Source of the DNA: an uncultured Candidatus Poseidoniales archaeon
Lineage (GTDB): Archaea; Thermoplasmatota; Poseidoniia; Poseidoniales; Thalassarchaeaceae
Length of the DNA: 64,000 nucleotides
Assembly (NCBI GenBank): GCA_964013425.1
Contig: CAXGWC010000001.1
Span: 51,201 to 115,200, forward strand
Reading direction: 5' to 3'
In this document: in pieces, positions 18,442-26,790 of the stretch
Layout: every line of letters starts with the position of its first letter
Numbering within the stretch: the first letter of the stretch is position 1
Made by a program: the position numbers and the translations under genes
Notes under the pieces: model-generated
Seen by the model: only the letters and a program-made list of their open reading frames with translations
Database searches by the model: none
Told to the model about the DNA's origin: nothing

Positions 18442-20106
18442 TTGGACCCACAGGGAAGAGATCTGTCAGAAACAGTTTGGACCAGACTGGATAGGAAGGC
18501 AGGCGCTGTGGTCGAGTTAACTATCAGGCAACTCAGGCACAAAATATCTACCTGGGTAGTTTTAGCATTGGGGACAATGTTGATGATTCTGCTGCTAGCT
18601 TTCTACATTGACTCAGTAAGAGAAGGATTCGAATCCATAGATAACGACGGTGACAGTGTGGATCAAGACAGAGATGGATACCCACTCGGACAAGAGAGAA
18701 AATATGGGACCAGTGACTGGAATGGAGAAGAGTACCCAGGGTCGGGAACATATATCTACGAGGGTGAAATAGACTGGAATGATGAAAATCGAGAAATTTC
18801 AGGAAACAAGACATGGGAGGGAGTCTCTCTACTTGATGCTACTTGGATAGATATCGATTACAAGGGAGGGCAATGGGACTATGTTATCGACTGGGATGAT
18901 GTCACGGATTGTCCAGATACACGGGGAGAGTTGTTCGTAGACTGGATCCCCGATTTCGCGACAGCATGTGAACTAGAAGACGGTACATATGCCACAAATG
19001 GGAAATTTAATGCAGAAGGAAATCTCACAGTCCCGAGGGATTACTATCTTACCTACGGCTATGTTACTGGAATATTTGACGTTCCGAAAGATCCCAAGGA
19101 GATGTACATAGATGAGGACGATATCGATTGGGACGGTTCAGCAGGAAGTCAGGGAGTCGATGATGATGGAGACTGCCTTAGGACGGATTGGTTCGCTCAA
19201 TTGGATGGCCCAGATGAATTCATGTGGTGGGAAGAGCCACATAGGCCAGACGCAAATGGTAATGGTATCCAATGTGATGTTATTTGGGTGATAAACTCAC
19301 AAACCGGAGAGGTCATTTCCATCAGTGCCGACTCTTCCGTAGATGAAGATCCAGTAGACGAAAATTATGCAGGCGAAGCCAGCCACAGGACCTTCGTAAT
19401 AGCGACAGGAAAGATAGCATTCGTCCTTCTACTGGGCCTATTCCTGCCTCTCTTCCTTTCTTTAGGATTGGTTCGAGATGAGACTGAGAGGGGAACATTA
19501 CACTATCTACTATCTAAGCCAATTCACAGGGGCGAGTTCATACTTTATCGCGTTCTAGGATATATGGCCGTTGTCTCAGTTTTTGTTCTAGCTTTGTCTT
19601 TGGTGATGGGATTAATCACATCGATAATAGGGCCAGGAGAAAGCCTGCTCAGAGTGGGGGACCTCCCTGTTTGGTTTGGAATCGCTGTCGCAACAATACT
19701 TGTTTTGGCGGCATATGGATCTCTGTTTAACACTGTAGGGCTACTCTTGCCGAAGTATGGAGTATACCTGTGTATCGTGATTGGAGTGTGGGAATTTGCC
19801 ATGGGATTCACTACTCTTATCTCTCCTAGCTCTTCAATTGCCACACTTTCTGTATCTCACTGGGGCCTACAGCTAATTGACTCAATCGTTATGGTTTCTT
19901 GGCCCGACACTCTTCAATTTTCTCAGATGTCATCAGCATTCGGCTTACAGACTGGATTAGAATGGATTTGGTCTCCTCCGGTGCATACACTAAATTCTAG
20001 TAACGCATATTTAGGTATCCTCACTTCCGTAACCATGCTCATGGGAGTCTCTCTTTCCATGATAGGTATTGGCAGTGCAGTTTTTAGCAAGAGAGAAATA
20101 ATGTGA
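18442..20106 (+). CDS. ABC-2 type permease (pair 2) with ~260-aa acidic extracellular insertion
   Basis: Starts directly after the ATPase stop. TM1 at aa ~38-56, then a D/W-rich ectodomain with DNDGDSVDQDRDG, DEDDIDWDG, VDDDGDC and PDANGNG Ca-binding-like repeats, then 5-6 TM helices. Confidence 0.7.
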   Translation: MDPQGRDLSETVWTRLDRKAGAVVELTIRQLRHKISTWVVLALGTMLMILLLAFYIDSVREGFESIDNDGDSVDQDRDGYPLGQERKYGTSDWNGEEYPGSGTYIYEGEIDWNDENREISGNKTWEGVSLLDATWIDIDYKGGQWDYVIDWDDVTDCPDTRGELFVDWIPDFATACELEDGTYATNGKFNAEGNLTVPRDYYLTYGYVTGIFDVPKDPKEMYIDEDDIDWDGSAGSQGVDDDGDCLRTDWFAQLDGPDEFMWWEEPHRPDANGNGIQCDVIWVINSQTGEVISISADSSVDEDPVDENYAGEASHRTFVIATGKIAFVLLLGLFLPLFLSLGLVRDETERGTLHYLLSKPIHRGEFILYRVLGYMAVVSVFVLALSLVMGLITSIIGPGESLLRVGDLPVWFGIAVATILVLAAYGSLFNTVGLLLPKYGVYLCIVIGVWEFAMGFTTLISPSSSIATLSVSHWGLQLIDSIVMVSWPDTLQFSQMSSAFGLQTGLEWIWSPPVHTLNSSNAYLGILTSVTMLMGVSLSMIGIGSAVFSKREIM

Positions 20107-20110
20107 TACC

Positions 20111-21307
20111 ATGATTCAAGATAATTCTCATTTCAAGGGTGACTTCTCATCACTGTGGAGGCTTGATGTCATGCCCCCTATTCGTCGATTATCATGGTGG
20201 TGGTGGTGGGCACTGATACTCATCCCAGACCCCGACAGGCCAGGTAGATCAAAGCAATTGATGATATTATGGTCAACAAAGGAAACTCCGGCAATAAGAG
20301 TTAGTGGACACTGGTGGAAACCCGGAGGTAGGATGTTTGTAGATGAACACGGAGGTCATGTTATTCCCGGAATGGTCTGTGCTTGGTGGTTTGATGGGGA
20401 GAAAATGTTTGAGCCTCTGGTTATGAGGGAATGCAGGATGGCCAGTATTTCAGATACACATCCTCTATGGCCAGGGGAGGGCAAAGGAGAAGGAGCAGGA
20501 GCTGTAATACCCCTGATTCCTCAAGATATGTCGATAGGAATGGCACCCGGTAACAAGTCCTTTTGGATAAATCTCTCAAGTGATGAAGAGGCAGTTACCA
20601 GAGGCGCACCCAGTAAGTTCGAAGCCGAACTCACTCCCTGGTGGGGACCCCCTAGTGAATTAACCTACAAGAATAATGAGTACTTCTTGGGTATGGGATA
20701 TGATATCCTCAGATTACAAGCTACAAAGTGTAGGCTGGTTGTAGATGGCGAGGTTTTGGAGGGAACAGGCTATTTCCAGAAGGTTTCCGTTCAAGCGCCT
20801 TCCTTTCCATGGTTTTGGGGGATGTTACATTTCAATGATGGATCATATCTTGATTGGTTCATGCCACACGTCACTCCGATGTGGTCAGCGAGAGACGATA
20901 AGCCTTGGAGGTTAAGGGATTTCTTCCGTACTCCAAATATAGGCACAGGTGTTTTCCAAGATAGAAAGACTGGAAAGACTCAGAATTTCGACAACTGCAC
21001 TGTTGAGCTTTGCAAGCAAAGCTCTGAAGATGCATTACTGGACGATAAGGGAAATGTTCTCCCGGAATTCAGAGTTAAGGTCTGGAATGACGACTCAAGC
21101 GCCACAATCAGAGTTAGGGCAGTTAGTAGAGCAAGATGGATTTTTGACCAACCAACTAGGGCCTCATGGGTCAGTCATCTAACCTATAATGAATATCCCC
21201 TTGAGGTAGTCTCGATCACATTCAAGGATTCCGAGGGGGTTAGGACAGAGCAGGACTATGAATGGATTCATGGAAATGCAGAACACGCATGGGGAGTTCT
21301 TCATTAG
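20111..21307 (+). CDS. Hypothetical Trp-rich protein, possibly tocopherol-cyclase-like fold
   Basis: 398-aa ORF 4 nt after the permease. Contains LSWWWWWALILIPDP and GYFQKVSVQAPSFPWFWGMLHFNDGS, reminiscent of the EKNWG..FP..W.W block of tocopherol cyclases. The functional call is weak. Confidence 0.45.
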   Translation: MIQDNSHFKGDFSSLWRLDVMPPIRRLSWWWWWALILIPDPDRPGRSKQLMILWSTKETPAIRVSGHWWKPGGRMFVDEHGGHVIPGMVCAWWFDGEKMFEPLVMRECRMASISDTHPLWPGEGKGEGAGAVIPLIPQDMSIGMAPGNKSFWINLSSDEEAVTRGAPSKFEAELTPWWGPPSELTYKNNEYFLGMGYDILRLQATKCRLVVDGEVLEGTGYFQKVSVQAPSFPWFWGMLHFNDGSYLDWFMPHVTPMWSARDDKPWRLRDFFRTPNIGTGVFQDRKTGKTQNFDNCTVELCKQSSEDALLDDKGNVLPEFRVKVWNDDSSATIRVRAVSRARWIFDQPTRASWVSHLTYNEYPLEVVSITFKDSEGVRTEQDYEWIHGNAEHAWGVLH

Positions 21308-21315
21308 GTGTCGTT

Positions 21316-22224
21316 ATGAGTGAGATAATTTCCAGCTTCAAATCAAAATTGGACCTTGAAGCAGTAAGAGAAAGGTTCCCCGAGATTTCCGATTCAGAAA
21401 CTCCAATATGGCATGGAAGCCCAGCTTTGATGTCCATGTCCGGTAAATATGCTCTGGCTGGATTAGTACTTGTAATCCACCTAATCTTCTACTGGGCTGC
21501 TAAGTATGATACTGTTATCGAAGGAGAGGCTAATTTGAACCTTGTAGTAGGACTAGCTAAAACAATCATAGACATTTCGGGTGTTTTAGGGTTTGCAATA
21601 ATGATGCTCCTGGTCGCAAAAGTAAATCACTTTCTAAATACATCCACATCAGGGGGATGGACGACATCATGGTTACTCGTTAATGGATTAATTCCTCTAT
21701 TTTGGTACACTACAACAGTCATAAACTCAATTTTAATATTTATTGGATATCATGGATTTGATCATTTTATCGGAGAACACATTCCAGTCTGGAAAGATTG
21801 GTACTATCTCGTACTAGGGGTATTATCTTCAATCTCCGCCGTGGCCTTGACTGCACACTATAGCAATGCATTCCAATATGCCATTACAGATAAGAGGGTC
21901 CACATTAGGAAAAAGTTCCTTTATTTCGACTCTAGTGTGGTTGGCATCCCGTTTGAGAAGGTTGAAAACCTAAAGGTTGAGCCTTCAATAATCGGGAGAA
22001 TATTTGGTTTCGGAAACATACATGTGATTACTGACGGAATGCAATCAAATATCACTGATGATAATGTCTTAGTTAAACAATCAAGTTTCTTGAATCCTTT
22101 AAGCTGGATTTTTATTCAGAGAAAAAGCAATCCCTCTTCTCAAGATCCGAGTGAATGTCTTTACTGTATCAGTGAACCTATGTCTGTTTACGCATTAATC
22201 AACGAGTTAATAGACAATTCATAA
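21316..22224 (+). CDS. Multi-TM protein with C-terminal bPH_2 domain
   Basis: ATG 21316 follows GGTG, 8 nt after the previous stop. Four hydrophobic helices, then ITDKRVHIRKKFLYFDSSVVGIPFEKVENLKVEPSIIGRIFGFGNIHV. Confidence 0.6.
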   Translation: MSEIISSFKSKLDLEAVRERFPEISDSETPIWHGSPALMSMSGKYALAGLVLVIHLIFYWAAKYDTVIEGEANLNLVVGLAKTIIDISGVLGFAIMMLLVAKVNHFLNTSTSGGWTTSWLLVNGLIPLFWYTTTVINSILIFIGYHGFDHFIGEHIPVWKDWYYLVLGVLSSISAVALTAHYSNAFQYAITDKRVHIRKKFLYFDSSVVGIPFEKVENLKVEPSIIGRIFGFGNIHVITDGMQSNITDDNVLVKQSSFLNPLSWIFIQRKSNPSSQDPSECLYCISEPMSVYALINELIDNS

Positions 22225-22280
22225 TGGTCTTCCGCACCGTTCTTAACTGCAAGGCCACCGATTAAGCCCGAGGGAGACCA

Positions 22281-22823
22281 ATGGAAGACACAGTAACTCA
22301 AGCAGCACAACTAATCACAAAAGGAGATTTCATTGGGGCAATGGAAATTTTCGAGGCTTTTTCGAACGCCAATCCTGACGACCCAGCAGGTTTCCATGGA
22401 TGGGCAGAAGCTGCTCTTTTTGAGATTCAGGCCAACGGAAATCTGGATGATAAAGGGAATGATAGGATTAACGAGGGCCAGATAGCAGCTTATTTCAGAA
22501 AAGCGTCATCCATGGACCCGAAGAACCCTGACTACCTCGCCTCCTACGCCAACGCTCTACTCGAATTCGATAGAATGCCAATGGCAGTTCGCGAATTCAG
22601 GAAGCTCAAGTCATTAGGGGATGAGTTAGACGACGTAGACGTCTCATTCCACTTGTATGAAGCCGCCAAGGCGTTGATTGAATTGGTAGATATGAAGACA
22701 AACTATGACAGGAGCAATCCCAACGCTCGACAATTTATCCCAATAGCACTGGAGTTCGCGATGTTAGGTCTCGGCTTTTCGTCAGTAGACGAGGCGATGG
22801 AGTACCTAGTTTCAGATGAATAG
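22281..22823 (+). CDS. TPR-like helical repeat protein
   Basis: 180-aa acidic helical ORF after GAGGGAG. TPR-like repeats (DPAGFHGWAEAALFE.., DPKNPDYLASYANALLEFDR). Its TAG stop is in frame with truA. Confidence 0.5.
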   Translation: MEDTVTQAAQLITKGDFIGAMEIFEAFSNANPDDPAGFHGWAEAALFEIQANGNLDDKGNDRINEGQIAAYFRKASSMDPKNPDYLASYANALLEFDRMPMAVREFRKLKSLGDELDDVDVSFHLYEAAKALIELVDMKTNYDRSNPNARQFIPIALEFAMLGLGFSSVDEAMEYLVSDE

Positions 22824-22835
22824 GGGGAAAACAAA

Positions 22836-23717
22836 CTGACCAGCGACTGTTTTCTAGTCGCCATCGGGTACCACGGAGGTCTATTTCACGGATCCCAAAT
22901 ACAACCCGATGTTAGAACTGTCCAAGGCACTCTGAAGGAGTCACTGAAAGAGATAGGATGGTGGAGTGAGGGGTGTCTCAGGCTCTCCAGTAGAACCGAT
23001 GCAGGAGTAAGCGTGAGGATGAACCTGGCCAGTATAGACCTTCCCGAGTCAGTAATCTCATCTGTTGACGGGTCGAAAGTAATCAGGGCCCTTAACGATC
23101 GTCTCCCAGATGATTTGGTGGCATGGGCCGCGAAAAAAGTCCCTTCCACTACTCCGACACGTCCGGTAATTTCAAGGAAGTACTACTACAGATGCGAAGT
23201 TATCAAAGCATGGCCTGAAAATGTCGATATTGATATCCTAAGCAAAGCATGTCAAATTTTTGTAGGGACTCATGACTTCACCAATCTCTGTAGGCTTGAA
23301 GAAGGAAAAGATCCAACTAGGACTGTAATTAGTTGTAATCCTTGGCTAGATAGTGATAACAGGCCAATAGGAATTTGCGTGGTTGCGAAATCATTTCTGT
23401 GGAACCAAGTCAGGAGAATGGCCTCCGCCATCACAGGAGTCGTATCAGGAGAATATGATCTAGACTTCCTAGCTAAATCTATTGAAAACCCAAATATTCC
23501 CGTTGATATGGGAATGGGGAGCTCTAGAGGTTTGATTCTTTGGGAAATCAACCATTCGGCACTGGATGGAATTGGAATGGGTTCTATCCCAGATACCAGA
23601 ATATTCTCAAAGCCACCATCTTCACTCAGGGGGCATAAGAATTGGATGGGGTTGGCTAACTTGGAAATGTCCACAATGGTTAACTCAGAATGGATTAGAG
23701 AAATCGGTCTATCCTAA
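22836..23717 (+). CDS. truA: tRNA pseudouridine(38-40) synthase TruA (non-canonical start inferred)
   Basis: The conserved N-terminal core FLVAIGYHGGLFHGSQIQPDVRTVQG and the catalytic SRTDAGVS lie upstream of the first GTG (23013). FVGTHDFTNLC follows downstream. The only plausible start is CTG 22836, 8 nt after GGGGG. Confidence 0.75.
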   Translation: MTSDCFLVAIGYHGGLFHGSQIQPDVRTVQGTLKESLKEIGWWSEGCLRLSSRTDAGVSVRMNLASIDLPESVISSVDGSKVIRALNDRLPDDLVAWAAKKVPSTTPTRPVISRKYYYRCEVIKAWPENVDIDILSKACQIFVGTHDFTNLCRLEEGKDPTRTVISCNPWLDSDNRPIGICVVAKSFLWNQVRRMASAITGVVSGEYDLDFLAKSIENPNIPVDMGMGSSRGLILWEINHSALDGIGMGSIPDTRIFSKPPSSLRGHKNWMGLANLEMSTMVNSEWIREIGLS

Positions 23718-24144
23718 TCCAAACTTCATCACCATCATCGCAGGGTAGGCTTTCTCTCAGGAATGAGTTAGAGATAATTTCAGCAGTTTTGGTATGCCTA
23801 GTTAAGTCAGGGATCAGTAAGGCACATTTTGTCCATATTTCAGAATCGATTGAGATACTAGCATGAAAAGCTGTAGCTCCTCCAAACGACTTTCCATCCC
23901 TTTCAAAACCTTGAATCCTAATTGGCTCAAGTCCGACAACATCGCTTCCTTCGTCCAGTCCAGAAGCAACTCTCAATTTCCTGTAAGGGTCCAAGCTCTC
24001 ACTTTCCAGATCTACATTCAATGTGCCAGGCCAAGCACTGGATCCCAGTACTTCTTTGAATTGCTCTTGATAATGTGGTTGGGCCATGAAAACATGGGCT
24101 CTACCTAGACCGCTTGACACCGCACCGTGTAGCAGCACACGCAC
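23695..24144 (-). CDS. ribK: CTP-dependent riboflavin kinase (archaeal RibK)
   Basis: GAVSSGLGRAHVFMAQPHYQEQFKEVLGSSAWPGTLNV matches the archaeal RibK beta-barrel signature (G.G.g..F....Y...f....G..PyPGTLN). GTG start. Confidence 0.75.
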   Translation of the reverse strand: MRVLLHGAVSSGLGRAHVFMAQPHYQEQFKEVLGSSAWPGTLNVDLESESLDPYRKLRVASGLDEGSDVVGLEPIRIQGFERDGKSFGGATAFHASISIDSEIWTKCALLIPDLTRHTKTAEIISNSFLRESLPCDDGDEVWIRIDRFL

Positions 24145-24180
24145 GCCTGGTACACCTCCCTCATAAGGTTCCGCTTCAGT

Positions 24181-25083
24181 TCACAGATGGTACACCGCGC
24201 CTTGCTCAGAAATGCCCCACCCCGTCTCCAATAAATATCCACTTTCATCACTCCCTTTTCTCAATAGAGGGTTCGTATGATTGAAATGAATGAATGAAAT
24301 TTCGGGATCTCCTTGTTTTCTATTTCCTAGCAATCCTAGGGTTTCTGTTACAGTAGGATGAGGAATCTCACTAACATCCCTGCTTGATATCTCATCATAA
24401 TTCCAGAATGTCCCATCTATCAATGCAATGTCTACCTCCAAACCCTCAAGCCAACCCAGAATTTCCAAATCTTCTCCCAGAGTTTCTTGCCAGGAATCCT
24501 GATCCGGCATAAAAAGCAGGCTCTTTTTATCTCCTCTGATTATCAAAGCATGATTGTCCGATAGTTCAGATCTATGGGGGACTGGAATTGCCGTTAACGT
24601 AAATCCACAACCTGGGGTCGGTTCAAATGGCTCCAATGGGGTCCAATAATTAGGAATAATGACCCCTTGTTCAATCATAATTGACCATGAAGGTGTTGAT
24701 TCCAGAAGGATTCCCATAGAAGAACTACAGTGGAGAATTATCCCTGAAGAACCCATAACTTCACGTCCAAATAATCCCAAACCATCCGTGTGACCAAGAT
24801 GAGCATGTGTCAATGAAACACTAGAGGGGGGCCACTCTGGAGTTCCAACAGAATTCCATAAGTCAAACTGTCCAGCCATCATCCTACTCGCCTCAATCAA
24901 GTGACTTGATCCATCCAGTCCTCGTATTCCCAACGAAACTGGCAACTTAGAGAGCTCTGGGGATTGCCTAGCATATTCGCAACAATCCTTCAAACAACCT
25001 ACTTGGGGAAACCCTCCATCCTGTGCGATCCCAAGCAAAGTCAGCTCAACTGAACCCCCCTCCATACAACCGGATAGGCCCAT
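24181..25083 (-). CDS. PqqB-like metallo-beta-lactamase-fold protein
   Basis: LLGIAQDGGFPQVGCLKDCC (PqqB-like GGGFPQ.NC.C..C block) and LTHAHLGHTDGLGLFGRE in place of the MBL HxHxDH region. Confidence 0.6.
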   Translation of the reverse strand: MGLSGCMEGGSVELTLLGIAQDGGFPQVGCLKDCCEYARQSPELSKLPVSLGIRGLDGSSHLIEASRMMAGQFDLWNSVGTPEWPPSSVSLTHAHLGHTDGLGLFGREVMGSSGIILHCSSSMGILLESTPSWSIMIEQGVIIPNYWTPLEPFEPTPGCGFTLTAIPVPHRSELSDNHALIIRGDKKSLLFMPDQDSWQETLGEDLEILGWLEGLEVDIALIDGTFWNYDEISSRDVSEIPHPTVTETLGLLGNRKQGDPEISFIHFNHTNPLLRKGSDESGYLLETGWGISEQGAVYHL

Positions 25084-25139
25084 GGGAAATGAACAGCTCG
25101 CTCCGATGGAGCAATGTACCTCCTGCTTAAGGGAGTGGC

Positions 25140-26318
25140 ATGGCGGCCGACATGTCCTGGATGTCAGAAAGACTAAATCAACTGAAACAACAGGATTTGG
25201 ATTGGAATCCCCCTGTGTTAGAATCTGCTAGTACTTCTCACTGTAGGGTTGAGGGAAAAGATATGATCATGCTATCCGCAAATAACTATCTCAATCTAAC
25301 AACTCATCCAAGAGTGGTTGACGCGGCTATTGAGGCCACAAGGAAATATGGAGCTGGATCGGGTTCCGTCAGGGCCATAGCTGGAACTCTAGATATCCAC
25401 ATAGAAGCCGAGAAAAAAGCAGCGGAATTTAAGGAAGTGGAGTCATCTCTAATTTACTCAGCTGGATACACAGCAAATGTTGGCCTGATACCTTCTCTTG
25501 TTAGAGGCAAAGAAGATATTATCATCTCCGATGAACTCAATCATGGCTCCATAATAGATGGAATAAGGTTGACCAAGGCAAGTAGAGCAGTATACCCTCA
25601 CAATGATGTTGAGGCCCTGGAAAGAACCCTCAGAGAGAATAAGAATGCAGAGAGGAAGCTAATCATAACCGATGGTGTTTTCAGCATGGACGGTGACATA
25701 GCTCCACTAGATGATATTACAGAAGTAGCTGAGGAATACGGTGCTATGATAATGGTTGATGATTGCCATGGCGAGGGAGTACTCGGGGACGGAAAAGGAA
25801 TAGTCGCACATTTCGGCCTCCAAGGACGTGTTGACTTTGAAGTTGGATCATATTCTAAGGCCATGGGAGTTCAAGGGGGGATTTTGGCGGGTTCCGATCT
25901 AGTGAGAAATTATGCGCTTAACCACAGCAGATCGTGGCTTCTCTCTGGAAGCCAACCACCTGGGGTAGCCGCCGCCCAAAAGGCTGCTGTTGAAGTTTTG
26001 ATGGAGGAACCTCAGCATGTAAGGAAGTTATGGGAAAATACCAATTATTTCAGAACGCAACTACAATCGATGGGATTTGACACGGGCCGTTCGGAGACCC
26101 CGATAATTCCAGTGATATGTGGAGAAAGTAAAGTTGCTAAAGATCTCTCTGGTATGCTTGGTGAGAGTGGGATACTTGTGGGGGCAATAGTTTTCCCAAT
26201 GGTCTCGAGGGATAAAGCGAGAGTCAGGACGCAAATGTCATCAGGTCTTTCCCGTGAAGATTTGGACATAGTTCTATCAGAGTTCGAAAGATGTGGTAAG
26301 AAATTAGGATTGATCTAG
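25140..26318 (+). CDS. kbl: Alpha-oxoamine synthase family, glycine C-acetyltransferase (Kbl)-like
   Basis: NNYLNL, SVRAIAGT, SDELNHGSIIDG, TDGVFSMDGD, VDDCHG, the PLP-Lys block SYSKAMG and C-terminal FPMVSRDKARVRTQMSSG all parallel Kbl closely. Confidence 0.7.
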   Translation: MAADMSWMSERLNQLKQQDLDWNPPVLESASTSHCRVEGKDMIMLSANNYLNLTTHPRVVDAAIEATRKYGAGSGSVRAIAGTLDIHIEAEKKAAEFKEVESSLIYSAGYTANVGLIPSLVRGKEDIIISDELNHGSIIDGIRLTKASRAVYPHNDVEALERTLRENKNAERKLIITDGVFSMDGDIAPLDDITEVAEEYGAMIMVDDCHGEGVLGDGKGIVAHFGLQGRVDFEVGSYSKAMGVQGGILAGSDLVRNYALNHSRSWLLSGSQPPGVAAAQKAAVEVLMEEPQHVRKLWENTNYFRTQLQSMGFDTGRSETPIIPVICGESKVAKDLSGMLGESGILVGAIVFPMVSRDKARVRTQMSSGLSREDLDIVLSEFERCGKKLGLI

Positions 26319-26320
26319 GA

Positions 26321-26785
26321 GTGTGTAAGATGTCAGTCGATCGATTTGAAAATGAAAGTGATATTTGGCCTATTTCAACGGAAATAAAAGTAAACTGGGG
26401 AGATATGGATGCTCTAGGGCACGTCAATCATTCAGTTTACGCAAAATGGATGGAGACTGTTAGAATGATGTATTTCTCCGAGATTGGAATGATGAATCTC
26501 TATGATGATTCTAATATCGGACCAATTCTTGCTAGGATAGAAATAGACTACGAATTACCAATAGTATTTCCAGACGTAGTTACAGTGAGTACTTCGGTTT
26601 CTAGAATCGGAAACTCATCATTCGACATGAGGTATAAAATCGAAAGCCAAAGTAATAATGGAAAATCCGTGGCTACAGGTAGTGTGGTTTGCGTTGTATT
26701 AGATTATAGTTCTGGCATTCCTCATAAAATTCCTCTAAAACTGAGGAAATCTATTGCCAGATTAGAGGGAGATTTCGACTACTAA
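26321..26785 (+). CDS. Acyl-CoA thioesterase, 4HBT/YbgC-like hotdog fold
   Basis: VNWGDMDALGHVNHSVYAKWMETVR is the hotdog-fold catalytic region. Starts 2 nt after kbl. Confidence 0.7.
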   Translation: MCKMSVDRFENESDIWPISTEIKVNWGDMDALGHVNHSVYAKWMETVRMMYFSEIGMMNLYDDSNIGPILARIEIDYELPIVFPDVVTVSTSVSRIGNSSFDMRYKIESQSNNGKSVATGSVVCVVLDYSSGIPHKIPLKLRKSIARLEGDFDY

Positions 26786-26790
26786 GCCAG

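Noticed and set aside
20195-20209. The (TGG)5 microsatellite as a slippage or phase-variation site.
   Set aside because: It is only five units and in-frame, encoding WWWWW within a hydrophobic segment. Slippage by one unit would keep the frame, and there is no evidence of variation from a single sequence.
22821-22823. TAG as a sense codon (pyrrolysine or reassignment), to explain the in-frame TAGs before truA and eif2g.
   Set aside because: TAG terminates several genes at their expected C-termini in this window, including cysS at 705-707, the BNR protein at 4817-4819, the HMA protein at 8799-8801 and the bPH protein at 10160-10162. No pyl genes are visible. Low-level read-through cannot be excluded and is kept as an alternative in the findings.
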